From: Euglena gracilis
Lineage: Eukaryota
DNA: 64,000 nt
Direction: 5' to 3'
Assembly: GCA_039621445.1 (NCBI GenBank)
Contig: CP154954.1
Coordinates: forward strand, 27,206,123-27,270,122
Shown here in pieces: positions 27,470 through 38,575 of the stretch. Below the pieces are notes generated by a model. That model was given only the letters and a program-made list of their open reading frames with translations, was not told the DNA's origin and ran no database searches. Made by a program: the position numbers and the translations under genes. Every line of letters begins with the position of its first letter. Within the stretch, counting starts at the first letter, position 1.

Positions 27470-28459
27470 GTCAATGTGGGGTCTCTGAAACCCCCAGTGT
27501 CCTCATCGTCATTGGACCCAAGAGTTTTCTCTTGAGGCGGGTCCCTTCGGCGAAAAAAAATGCGAAAATGGGTTTGTTGGGTTACAGAAATGGGTCAGTT
27601 GAACGTTGGCAAAATTCGGTGAGCATGGCCGATCCGACAATCGCGCGCGTATCTCGGGCTGCGTGCAACGTCAGGGTACCAAGTTGCCCCTCGATCGAAA
27701 GCTCTTTTCAACAGACGACCAGCGGTGCTCATCAGATCTTTCCACGCTGCACGGTACTCTATTTCCAAATCTGGGCCAATTTCCGCCAAATTTGGATATC
27801 CACCCTAGTGGTCCAGATGGCAAAATTCATTGTCCTTGATGGTTGAAACACTCATACCAGCACCTTAGGGCCACTTTTGGGCACTTTTGGTGACATTTTT
27901 AGGAATGAAAATCGGACGCTGGGCTTTGGACAAAGCCGGCGTTCCTAACGCCGGGCTTTAGGACAGAACCGGCGTCCGGAAGCCCGTGGGGGGGGGGACG
28001 CCGGTTCTGTCCTGAGCCCGGCGTCTCAAACGCCGGCTTTACTACAAAAAAAGAGGTGTCGGACGCCGGTTCTGTCCAAAGCCCGGCGTTCCAAACGCCG
28101 GTTCCGTCCTTCGGACGGAACCGGCGTTTGGAACGCCGGGCTTTGGACAGAACCGGCGTCCGACACCTCTTTTTTGTAGTAAAGGCATCTCGTTTTCCAT
28201 TAGGGCGCCGTTTTTTGGGTCTGAATTTCACATTTTCGCGTTTTTGACCCCTTGCGTGAATCATCACCACGAATTTCAGGGCAGGCATTTGGCGGGCTCT
28301 GAACACGTTTTTTACTACAAAAAAGAGGTGGCGGACGCCGGTTCTGCTTCCCCTCGGGAAGCACCATTTTGGTTGTCCGCTAGGGGGTGGCAAGCCTGGG
28401 GAGGGGGCAAAGCCAGCCACCTACTCGACTTTCAAGGGGGCAGCGGAGTGGGCTGCAAA

Positions 28460-28751
28460 CAGGCTTCTTTTTAAGACCCCCGGGGGGGGGAGGGGGGGGT
28501 TCCCCCCACCCAACCAGGGTGGCGCGGGCCCCCCCCCCGGGGGGGGGGGGGGCGGGGACCCCCCCAAAATCGGGCCCGCTAAAGGCAATTTTCAAAAATT
28601 TTCGGCGCTTCGCGCCAAAAAGGTATACCCAGCGCCTCCGGCGCGGGACCCCCCCCCCCCGGGGGGGGGGGGGGGGCGGCGCGGGGCCCAACCCCCCCCC
28701 CCCCCCCTCCCCCCGGGGGGGGGGGGGTCTGCTGACTTAAAAAGAAGCCTG
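28460..28751. mobile_element. MITE (hAT-like)
   Basis: TIR CAGGCTTCTTTTTAAG, TSD GCTGCAAA. Confidence 0.9.
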
Positions 28752-29575
28752 GCTGCAAAGGTGCTGGACTGGCACGTCACCTTCAAGGACCTGGCGCGTC
28801 GTCCCTTTGTTACAAAGTTGGCAAACGCCATCGGTGCACACGATGCAGCCAAGGCGGTGGGCATTGTGCCCCGCACAGTGGATCGCTACCATCGTGCGGG
28901 GCGCGATGACCTGCTTCGCCGGGCCGCCCGCGTTGCCGTTCAGGTTGTTTTCTTTAAAAAAAAAACATCTCTTTCGTTGCAAAATTCTCCAGTCACCACC
29001 GAAGGTGCAGAAAACCGAACTGAAGATGGAGCTCAAGTCGGAGCTCGAAGCTCTGCCAGACTCGGACTCCGATATTGAGGTTCCTCAATGTTGTGTGTTC
29101 CCGTTTTTCACTGCACTGCCCCAGATTTTGCAAGACGGTCGTGACCCTCTGCCGAGCATTCCGCTGGCTGACACTGTCAGGCTATTGCCTGCAGAGCGGG
29201 TGTGGTACAACTGATTAATTCTTTTCCAAGTCCTCTCTTGTCAGCCACCCGTCGACCCCGACGACCTCACCATCGATGACCTGAGCCAGTACCGCCGGCA
29301 GATGTTCGCCCTCTCCCGGTCGGACTACAACCACGCCGCCTTCTGTGCCCCACCGGCGGAGGGTGCGGCCGTCAGCAGCGACCTCAGCAACAACCCCAAC
29401 CCCTTCGCTCCCTTCCGTGCGCGGGTGGTGACCACGGAGGTAAAAGTGGAGGGTGACAGTTGCACTGTTTGTGGTTTCGCTCTGAAAACTCGTGGGGACA
29501 AACGCCCAGTGATGTGTGATGTGTGTCACGAGTACCGCCACCTGTCGTGTGCTGGCCTTGCGATGCCCCCCGGTA
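28752..29575 (+). other. Probable spliced gene fragment with HTH-like segment and partial PHD finger
   Basis: AAKAVGIVPRTVDRY; short candidate GT-AG introns (e.g. about 29080-29124); CTVC..CDVCHEYRHLSC. Confidence 0.5.
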
Positions 29576-29913
29576 TGGCTCTTGGTGTTGCTCTCGTTGT
29601 GAGGGTGCACCCCGTTCTGTTTCCCCATCGTAATGTGTTCGCTTACTGGCAATACGTTTTGCCCCGTAATCGCTACGGCTGTGGCAACTTGTATGCCTAG
29701 CAATACCCTCCCCCTTCCCCTGGAAACTTCAGAACCACTCAGCTTCTGCCGCCACTGATCAATCATATTCTGGCACGCTGCATTTCTGTCTCCCATCCCT
29801 CTGCAGACAAGGAGATTTTCGGTGCTGCGGTCGCAATCGTCCTTTTTTTGGTAGAAAAAAAAATCCACATTCGGACGCCGGGCTTTGGACAGAACCAGCG
29901 TTCCTAACGCCGG

Positions 29914-30351
29914 CAGGGTTCGATATAAGGACAGGTGGGGGGGGGGGGGGGTCCGGACCCCCCCCCTGCGGGCCAGGAGGGGGGGGGGGGGGGGGGGGAC
30001 ACCCCCCCCCCCACCTAAACAGGTGCGCGGTCAGGGTGGCCGAATTTTTGGCCCGGCGCGAAGCGCCGGGCCGAAAATTTTTGACCCCCCAAAACGACCA
30101 AAAGTGCCATTTTGGGCACTTTTTGGGCAAAAATGTGCCAAAAATGCAAAAAATTTTCGGCGCGAAGCGCCGGAGGAAAAAATTGACCCTTTTTTGGGGG
30201 GGTCAATTTTTGCCTCCCAGGGTCGGTCCGGACCCCCCTTGCAGGTGGGGGGGGGTGGTCTGGACCCCCCCCTGCGGGCCAGGAGGGGGGGGGGTGGGGG
30301 GGGACACCCCCCCCACCTAAACCATGTACGCCCTCCTTATATCGAACCCTG
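29914..30351. mobile_element. MITE family B
   Basis: Same TIR, TSD AACGCCGG. Confidence 0.9.
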
Positions 30352-32338
30352 AACGCCGGGCTTTAGGACAGAACCGGCGTCCGGAAGCCCATGGGGGGGG
30401 GGGACGCCGGTTCTGTCCTGAGCCCGGCGTCTCAAACGCCGGCTTAAACAAATTGTGGCTGAGCCCAGATTTCAGCCTGAACACGTTTTCAGGCTGAAAT
30501 CTGGGCTCAGCCACAATTTGTTTAAAAACGTGTTCAGAGCCCGCCAAATGCCTGCCCTGCAATTTGTGGTCATGAACACGTTCTCCATAAGGGCATTTGT
30601 GGCAATGACACTATGACTGTGGCCATGAAAATGACATTACGATGCCCCCCCCCCGATCTATTCCCGTCCCCGGAAACCTTTACAGCCCAATGGGAACAGT
30701 ACGGGGGAACAGCTCGGGGGGAACAGCTCGGGGGGGGGGGGGGGGCCTGGGCCCCCCCCCCCCGAGTTGTTCCCATACGCAAGCCTCGGGCAGCCCAAAA
30801 GAGGTCATTTTGGCAACTTTTTGTATGTGCAAAATGGTCAATTTTAATCACATTTACCCAAAATCAATTTTTGAAAATGACCAAAATCGTCGATTTTTGA
30901 GCATTTTTTGGAAGTTCTTTGTAAAAAGTGTCCATTCCAATGTGTCACAACAAATAATTTGTTTGTGTTACTTCTTGGAGGCTACCTCCCCTCCCCTTTG
31001 TCCTTAAACCGGCGTTTGAGACGCCGGGTTCTGATACGAAAACTGTGTCCAGAACGCCGGTTCGGACCACGGAACTGTGTTCCAGAACGCCGGTTCGGGC
31101 GGCAGCCCGAACCGGCGTTCTGGAACACAGTTCCGTGGTCCGAACCGGCGTTCTGGACACAGTTGTTGAAACCGTGGATTAGGGGCTCTGGCTTCACGCC
31201 CGAACCGGCGTTCAAGGAATCCAGGCCAATTTCGGCCTAAATACCCATTTTTCGAACATTTTGGAGCATTTTTGGGCTCCTTTGGGCGCATGGCCATATC
31301 GACCAGCCGATTGAAGTTTTCAAACGTCTGGTGCCACGTTACCCATCGATCGAAAGCTCTTCTCAAGTGCTTTTGGCAGATGGCCACAGGATTCAGCAAT
31401 AATCCACACAGCGCTTATTTTCAGCGATCGTGCATTCCAGAATTTGACATCCTAATTTGTGAAATCCCACACCTGAGGTGCCATACAGCACATCAATCGA
31501 AAGCTCTCGCCAAGGCCTTGCATTTGGTACCCACAGAACTCAGCTATACTGCAGAACTCTGAAAATCGGCGATAGCATTTTCCGACCCTGTTTGCAAAGT
31601 CGAAATTCCCATGTTTCACCGGCCATGTTGCCCATCGATCGAAAGCTCTTCTCAGGGGCTTTCAGCAGATGGCCTTAGATTTCAGCCGTGCTGCATGGTA
31701 TTCTATTTCAAAAATTCCCTAAATTTGGCCGAATGGAAATTGTTGCACAAAATACCCCAATATCTGGCCAATTACCCCCCAAAAACTGCTCAGACGTGAT
31801 TGCCACATGTCTACTAAGCATTTTGAACACTTTTTGGCACTTTTTATTTTCGGTCCCCTGGACGCCGTCTTCCCGCCCGAACCGGCGTTCCAGAACGCCG
31901 GTTCGGCGCAAAAATTTCTGCGCCGAACCGGCGTTCTGGAACGCCGGTTCGGGCGTGAAGCCAGAGCCCCAATACACGGTTTCAGGACAGAACCGGCGTC
32001 CCCCCCCCACGGGTTTTACGGACGCCGGTTCTGTCCTAAAACCCGGCGTTAGGAACACCGGTTTTGTCCAAAACCCGGCGTCCGATTTTCATTCCTAAAA
32101 ATGTCACCAAAAGTGCCCAAAAGTGGCCCTAAGGTGCTGGTATGACTGTTTCAACCATGCGTGCAACGTTAGGGTACCAAGTTACCCCTCGATCGAAAGC
32201 TCTTTTCAACAGACGACTAGCGGTGCTCATCAGATCTTTCCACGCTGCACGGTACTCTATTTCCAAATCTGGGCCAATTTTCACCAAGTTTGGATATCCA
32301 CCCCACTGGTCCCCCAATGGCAAAATTCATTGTCCTAG

Positions 32339-32770
32339 ATGTCACCACCGCCTGAAGAAGAGCCTGAGCATCATTCCACACAACAGGACATCGAGGAGAA
32401 GTTGAAGGACCTCGAGCTCAGAGTCTTCGGCCATGAGTCCAAGGACTCGTCGACCCCTCTCGTTTCCCCGTTCACGCCCCACTCTTTTTGGGAGAAGAGG
32501 ATTGAGAAATTCAAGGGTAGCTTGGAGTTGAAAGAAAGTTCTGTGACATCCAAACTCCCTCCTGTCCCGTTGCCTTCGTTTGATGGTTCGGACCTTGAAG
32601 CCTTTTGAAAGAGTTTGAACGTTGGTTGCGTCTTTCCGGTGTGAAAAGTGCCCCAGAAGCTTTCGGGTTGGATTGGCTCATCCAATGTGTTGTTCCCAAG
32701 TACAGAAAGGTTGTTGAAGAGGTTGTTGAGGAGCAGCCCCAGCTTGACAAAGTGCTTTTGGCATTGTTAG
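32339..32770 (+). pseudogene. Gag-like N-terminal fragment
   Basis: LPPVPLPSFDGSDLEAF / KEFERWLRLSG resembles retrotransposon gag; one frameshift. Confidence 0.5.
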
Positions 32771-34029
32771 GGTTTGGCATCGTCGGATCGGCCAGAATCT
32801 GAGTCGAAATTTGTGGTAATTTTCAGTGATTTTTGGTTTAAGATGCTTAATTAACCTTACAGAAACGTTTTTTCTCTTCGAATCAACCACCTGAGGGGTC
32901 CCGGGGGGGCACCAGAGTTGTGAATTAGGATTTCCCAGTGACAGAAAATAAGAGCTCCAGGCGGCGTGGCTGAATTTGGTGGTGATCGCCAGTCGTCTGA
33001 TGAAAAAAGCTTTCGATTGAGGGGTGACTTTGTACCTGGACGATTGACACGGCCAGAAATACCCTCGCGATCGCCGGAATTTGATGAAATGCAAAGTGGC
33101 GTGACATTGCAGATTAGTGGTCGGAGATTGGTCCTGGGAGTGTCCTTTGACCGAAGGGTGGGGACGCCGGTTCTGTCCTGAACCCGGCGTCTCTAAAACG
33201 CCGGTTTAAACAAGGGGTGGCGGACGCCGGTTCTGTCCAAAACCTGGCGTTCCGTATTCCATATTTCCATCCAGGCGGTTCGGTCGAATGAATATCAAGA
33301 CAGTTGTCGGGCCCAGACAAAATAGGTTTTAGAAAAATCGACCGACACTAACAGATTCAGCAGGGGCGCCGGGCGGCTCGCTTCGCTCGCTCGCGCCTGG
33401 CGCCCCTGCTGAATCTGTTAGTGTCGGTCGATTTTTGTATAGACACAGCTGGTCCATGACACCCCCCCCCGCGTACCAAAATACCATTATCCTTGGTACA
33501 ATGCACATGACACAGCGTGTCCATGACCCCCCCCCCCCGTGTCAACAGCACTTTCCCTGTATTTTGGCTTGTCATTGACAAGGGGGGTGGGCAGGAGTGG
33601 AGGGGTCCAGTGGGATGGGGAGCAGTCAATTAGGGCGCCGAAGTTACTGACTGATTGCGTGGGGCATTAGTGCAAACAAACTTCTTGTTTCTTTGAGCCC
33701 ATTGTGGTGCTGTGTTGGGAATTGAATTGTACTGATTTCACTGTTCACGTGAGTGTTGACCTCACAACGGAGTTTCGGGTTCTTTTCCTTCAATCACATT
33801 TCAACTGGTCGTACTGCTTCAAAACTGAATTTGTCATTGATGGAGCGGGTCTACCAAAAAAAAAATGTTCGTTGTGGAAGTGGCCAAAATACTGGCCCAT
33901 TGTTGCAGAAACTTGGCAACATTTTGGCCTGGGGTGATCAGCAAAGAGTGCCAAAAAAAATGCAAAATATCCGACCTTGGCACTCCCTCCCCCCCCCTGG
34001 CTTTGAAAGAGAGAAGAGCATCAACAAAC

Positions 34030-34136
34030 CTGTCAAATGCCAAGAACTTTCCAACAAGCACACGATCATCCTGAATTCGCACCCTGATTCGGCAATTTAT
34101 GAATTGAAACATCTTGGACTTCTTTGACATTGACAT
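34030..34136 (-). CDS. SNRPB: Spliceosomal Sm protein B/B', coding exon 1
   Basis: Translates as MSMSKKSKMFQFINCRIRVRIQDDRVLVGKFLAFD(R), the SmB N-terminus and Sm1 motif. Ends AG|GTTTGT (phase-2 GT donor) and joins the exon at 16002 to give the canonical AFDRHMNLVL. Confidence 0.92.
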
Positions 34137-35919
34137 TGTTGAGCTCCTGTGTCTTTGTTTGAGAAAAAGCCCTGCAGGAAGCAGTGGGGAATGCTTGTTC
34201 AGGAGGCAAGGCTGGTACCATGCCCCCCCCCTTGCTGTTCCCGTCCTGTGGCCCCCTTTTGGGTCCATGAGTAAGGGGGGGACCCCCCCCCTTGCTGTTC
34301 CCATGGGCCATGAACTAGCCAACCTGGACCCAAAAGGCCACCTAAAATGCCAAAATGAAGCTCTTTTGGTTCACGTGCTTGAAAATTGCACCTCCACAAC
34401 ATCCATTTTGGCATTGGGTTGGACTTTGATGGGATTGAGAGCACCTGAAACCAATCCAAAAATTCCCTTTTCTCTTGTGTCCCAAGAATCCTTTACAAAA
34501 AGTGCCCTGACACAGTACTGTTCCCCTCCCCCCAATGGGAACAGTGAAGGGGGGAACAGTGAGGGGGGGCAGGGCAGAACGGGAACGCCTGGTGGGGGGG
34601 ATCGACCCCCCCACCCGGGAGGTGGGGGGGTTCGACCCCCCCCCCACCCACCACAGCATTTTCAACGATTTCAGGAAAACGGGGGTTTTGGCCAGAAAAA
34701 TTTCGATTTTTTTTTGAAAAATGAACCCAAAACACATGATTTTTTGACGGAAAACCAAACTTTTTCTTCTCAAAAAAATCTCAAAAATTTCAGGGTTGAA
34801 AATTGGCAGTTTTTTTAGTAGGCGGGTGAAAAAAAACGAAGGTCAAAAAGTGGACCAAATTTTGGCACAGTCAAATTTTACTGACATTTTCTCTCGTTGA
34901 AATTTTGACTTCCAATGGCATTTTTTTGGGTTCCGTGTGGAAAATCGCGGATGACCAAATTGCGGATCGGGCCGACCTGGTCCTGGTCAGCCCGACCACT
35001 GCGTATAGCTTACCAACCAGTTTGGGTCGGGCCAACCCGCAATATTCCGCACTCCCCCCCCCCCCCCCCGGTGGGATCCTGAGAGAATAAGTCCAGTTCA
35101 CACCGTGATGGAATGATTGCAGAAATAACTGTATCCAAAGGCAAAAGGCACCCCTGAGGCACTGACATGGCAGAACTGACAAAAGGGCAGAGCATGGGAA
35201 AAAACACGGAGATTTGGTTTTTGTTTAACCCCGCGCCCCCGCACCCCCCCCCCCCCCCGCCCCCAATAACAAAATCCCTTTGCTGCCGGACCGTTTGGTG
35301 AGCATGCGCAATCAGACACCCATTGTCGAAGGGCGCCTTCGGCGCCCTTGGTCATCTAGCAGTGGCGGAGGGGGCTAACCCCCCCCCCCCGCACCCCCCC
35401 CGCCCCCAATGACAAAATACCTTCGCTGCCGGACCGTTTCGTAAGCATGCGCAATCCCCCTTTGATATCAGTGCTCGGCGGACAGGGTGCAACTGGGCAA
35501 GCTGTAGATTTGGCGGCCAGTGGGGCGGTTTATCGGATTTATTCTGTGTGGTAGTTTTAAAGCCCCCGTTTGCCCCCCCCCCGCCACAGCTGACGTGACA
35601 CCCCTATTTGTCACCCCCCCCCTAATAGTCGCCCCCCCCCTTGCGGGGCGACAATTAGAGGGTCACCCATGGACATGTGGGGTAAATTGAGCAACCCCCC
35701 TAATTGTCACCCCCCCCAATTGTCGCCAGGGGGTCAAAACGCTCCCGGGGGGTGCCATATAGGGAGGGGGGGGTCACGTTTCTTCGGATTTTTGCAAACA
35801 TGGAAAATTGCCACATTCTGCATAGACAGTTGGATCGTGCATCCCTTGGTTGTCTCGGGTCTCGTGGTTTGCATTGGCTAATCAGGTTGTCCATCGTGGT
35901 TTTGCCTATTTGCATACTT

Positions 35920-36385
35920 TCCATGGGGTTTCCCCATCTGTACTTTAGCCTTCCCCTCAGAACACCCGAAATCCAGTAGGTTGCGCCACTGGTCGGTGGA
36001 TTCGGTTCGCCCCACCACCGTATATTTGGTTTTGCCTATTTTATCTTATCTCTCTCGTCTCCTAGCCTGGGCCCAGTACTCCCCACCATTCCCACATCCT
36101 TCCCTCTCCAGATCGAACGCCACCGTCCTTCCCCCTGTGTTTCTGCACGTTCCTGCCCTGTTTCTGCCCTCTCGGCCTGCCCCTCACGACACTTAATGCT
36201 ACCCACTCTTCGCCCTTCCGGGTTTCCTGGGAACCGGATGACACCCTCTGCCTTATCCTTATCCATGGGGTCTCCCCATCTGTGCATAGCCTTCCCCGTA
36301 CACTTCAAATCGCCACTGGTCGGTGGATTCGGTTCGCAGAGCTGGAATTCGCCGAAGAAAACGGATTCGGTTCGCCCAACCACAT
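35920..36385 (+). repeat. Stacked short 3'-end remnants of CRE-like elements
   Basis: GCCACTGGTCGGTGGATTCGGTTCGC at 35985 and 36312, each preceded by CTGT(A/G)C(A/T)TAGCCTT as at 37366 and 60643; partial copy at 36362. Confidence 0.7.
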
Positions 36386-36414
36386 TCGCGGCGATCGCGA
36401 ACGGAAGGACTTCC

Positions 36415-37449
36415 TAATTGGGCCTCATTCGACAGATGGCTCCTTGCCGGAATGTCCCCGTTGCCACCAACAAATGGATGTTGGAGGAAACCACCTTGTC
36501 TGCTGCCCCAAAAACAACACTTTGCGGCGACATGGTGCCCTCCAGACGTTCGTTTTGGACCTGGCGAGAAGGGCCGGTTTCATGGCTCGACGAGAAGAGG
36601 TGGCTGACAACCGGACAAGACCCGGAGATGTCTTCCTCACGAGGTTCGACGCGGACGGACCTGCAGCAGTGGATGTCACGGTCCGCCACCCGTTGCAACC
36701 AGCAAACCTGGTCTCCTCAAAGGACGCCTTAGCACGGTGGCACGAACTACAAGAGGGAGACAAAGAACGCAAGTATGCAGCCACCTGCGAACGGCTGGGA
36801 TGGACGTTCATCCCGTTTGTGGTTGATTGCTTCGGAGGGATGGGGGAGCGAGCGGCAGGATTCATATCCAAGTGCCTCCGCACTGTGTTGGCGCAGACCG
36901 ATGTTCCTCAACGACGATCGTCAGAGGCCACGGTATGGTAAGCGCTGAGTCTAACGTTGGCCAGGGAATTGGCTCGCCAGCTGGCTTGGGGGGCAGTGGC
37001 GGAGCCATCAGGCGACGTTGATCTCACTACCCACACCCCATATGCCACGGAGTAAAAAAGGGGGGGGTCAGGGCGAACACCATGTAAACACCTGCGGCCG
37101 CTGAGGCCAAGCCAGGCAGCCTACACCGGCCACCAAGGGCCGGTATTATTGGCTTTGTCCCGATGACACAACATGGTAAGCACACCTGAGAGAAAGCCGA
37201 AAGGCCAGACGAACCCGAAACCTCCATTGAGCACACCGGGGAACAGCCTGCCCCCAAAAAGGCCACCCCACCCCGCCTGCTCCCTGCCACCTCACCCCTC
37301 GGGCCCTGGCCCCCACATGGCCGATTCTGGGTTCACCTGACCACCTTACCCTGAGACTGTCGCTTCTGTACATAGCCTTACCCCCTGAACACGTCAAATC
37401 CAGTAGGCAGTGCCACTGGTCGGTGGACTTGGTTCGCCCCACCACCGTA
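36415..37449 (+). mobile_element. 5'-truncated CRE-like element (RLE domain + 3' UTR)
   Basis: CPRC..HLVCC, RRH, RPGD..AVDVT. Premature TAA at 36939 followed by the homologous ALSLTLARELARQLAWG. Conserved 3' motif at 37412. Confidence 0.88.
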
Positions 37450-37469
37450 GTCCCTAGGTAGATTCCTCA

Positions 37470-37494
37470 TTTCTGAGTGTCTATTTTTTTTTCG
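37470..37494 (+). other. Euglenid spliced-leader exon (retrocopied, not an SL RNA gene)
   Basis: TTTCTGAGTGTCTATTTTTTTTTCG matches the Euglena SL (ACTTTCTGAGTGTCTATTTTTTTTCG). It is followed by CATAATACATG, not a GT donor. Confidence 0.9.
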
Positions 37495-37569
37495 CATAAT
37501 ACATGGCGGACAATTGAAAGCCCCTGGTGGGGACAAACCAAGCCAAGAGTTCAACTATCATCGATCACA

Positions 37570-38530
37570 AGTCCTGCTGGTGCAGGCAGAAGAAGTCCTG
37601 CTGGTGCAGGCAGAAGTTGAAGTCCTGCTGGTGCAGGCAGAAGTCAAGTACAAGTACAATACCAGAAGTCAAAGGTACAAGCTCAAGACAAGACATTCAA
37701 GAACCCAAGTCCTTGGGCTTCTCAGCCCTTATTGGTCTTGCTGCTGCAGAACTTCACCATGCTGCTGTTGGCTGTATTGGGCCTGAAAAGGCCCCCTCAA
37801 CACCGCCACTGGCCTGAAAAGGCCCTGGGCCTGAAAAGGCCCCCACTGCTACAGGGCCTGAAAAGGCCCCTTCAGCCACTGGGCCTGAAAAGGCCCCCCC
37901 AGTTTTTGGGCCTGCAAAGGCCCCCCCATCTGGGCCTGCAAAGGCCCCCCCCCTTTGGGCCTGCAAAGGCCCCCCATCTGCCAACCATTAAGTGGAACTT
38001 TCAGCTCCAGTGTCTTCTTTTCGGTGTTCTGCATTGCATCCCAAACTTCTGATCAATTGAAGTGGCAAACCCCCAGTTTTCACAGCACATGTTACACCAA
38101 AAGCTCTGACACATTTTGCAGCAGTTTTGACTTGACATTGAAAAACATTTTGCCACCCCAACCCCTCAGTAACACTTTTTGCAGCAGTTTTGACTTGACA
38201 TTGAAAAACGTTTTGCCACCCCAACCCCTCAGTGACACTGTTTTGCCCCAGTGTCCTGCAAAGTCACTGGGCCTGCAAAGGCCCCCCTGTGACACCATTT
38301 CGGTCTATTGCACCATTTTGCCCTAGTGGCCTGCAAAGGCCCTGGGCCTGCAAAGGCCCCCCTCCAACACCATTTTGCCCCAGTGGCCTGCAAAGGCCCT
38401 GGGCCTGCAAAGGCCCCCCTGTGACACCTTTTTGTCCTGTTGCAGCATTTTGTCCCAGTGGCCTGCAAAGGCCATGGGCCTGTGAAGGCCCCCCCCTGAC
38501 ACCATTTTTGCTCTCAGCCTGAAAAGCCCC
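37570..38530 (+). repeat. Tandem repeats in the 5' region of CRE-like copy 1
   Basis: AAGTCCTGCTGGTGCAGGCAG x3, more than 12 GGCCTG(A/C)AAAGGCCC units, and a 60-bp duplication (38110-38232). Confidence 0.85.
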
Positions 38531-38575
38531 CGACAAACTGGAAAACCATGTTCCTCCACATTTTGGACTGCAACA

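Larger units (their letters stand above)
27840..32157. mobile_element. Long-TIR element with gene-like cargo
   Basis: About 175-bp inverted repeats (27840-28015 and 31982-32157) and many subterminal AACCGGCGT/ACGCCGGTT motifs. Confidence 0.7.

Noticed and set aside
37470-37494. SL RNA gene
   Set aside because: No GT donor or SL intron follows the exon.
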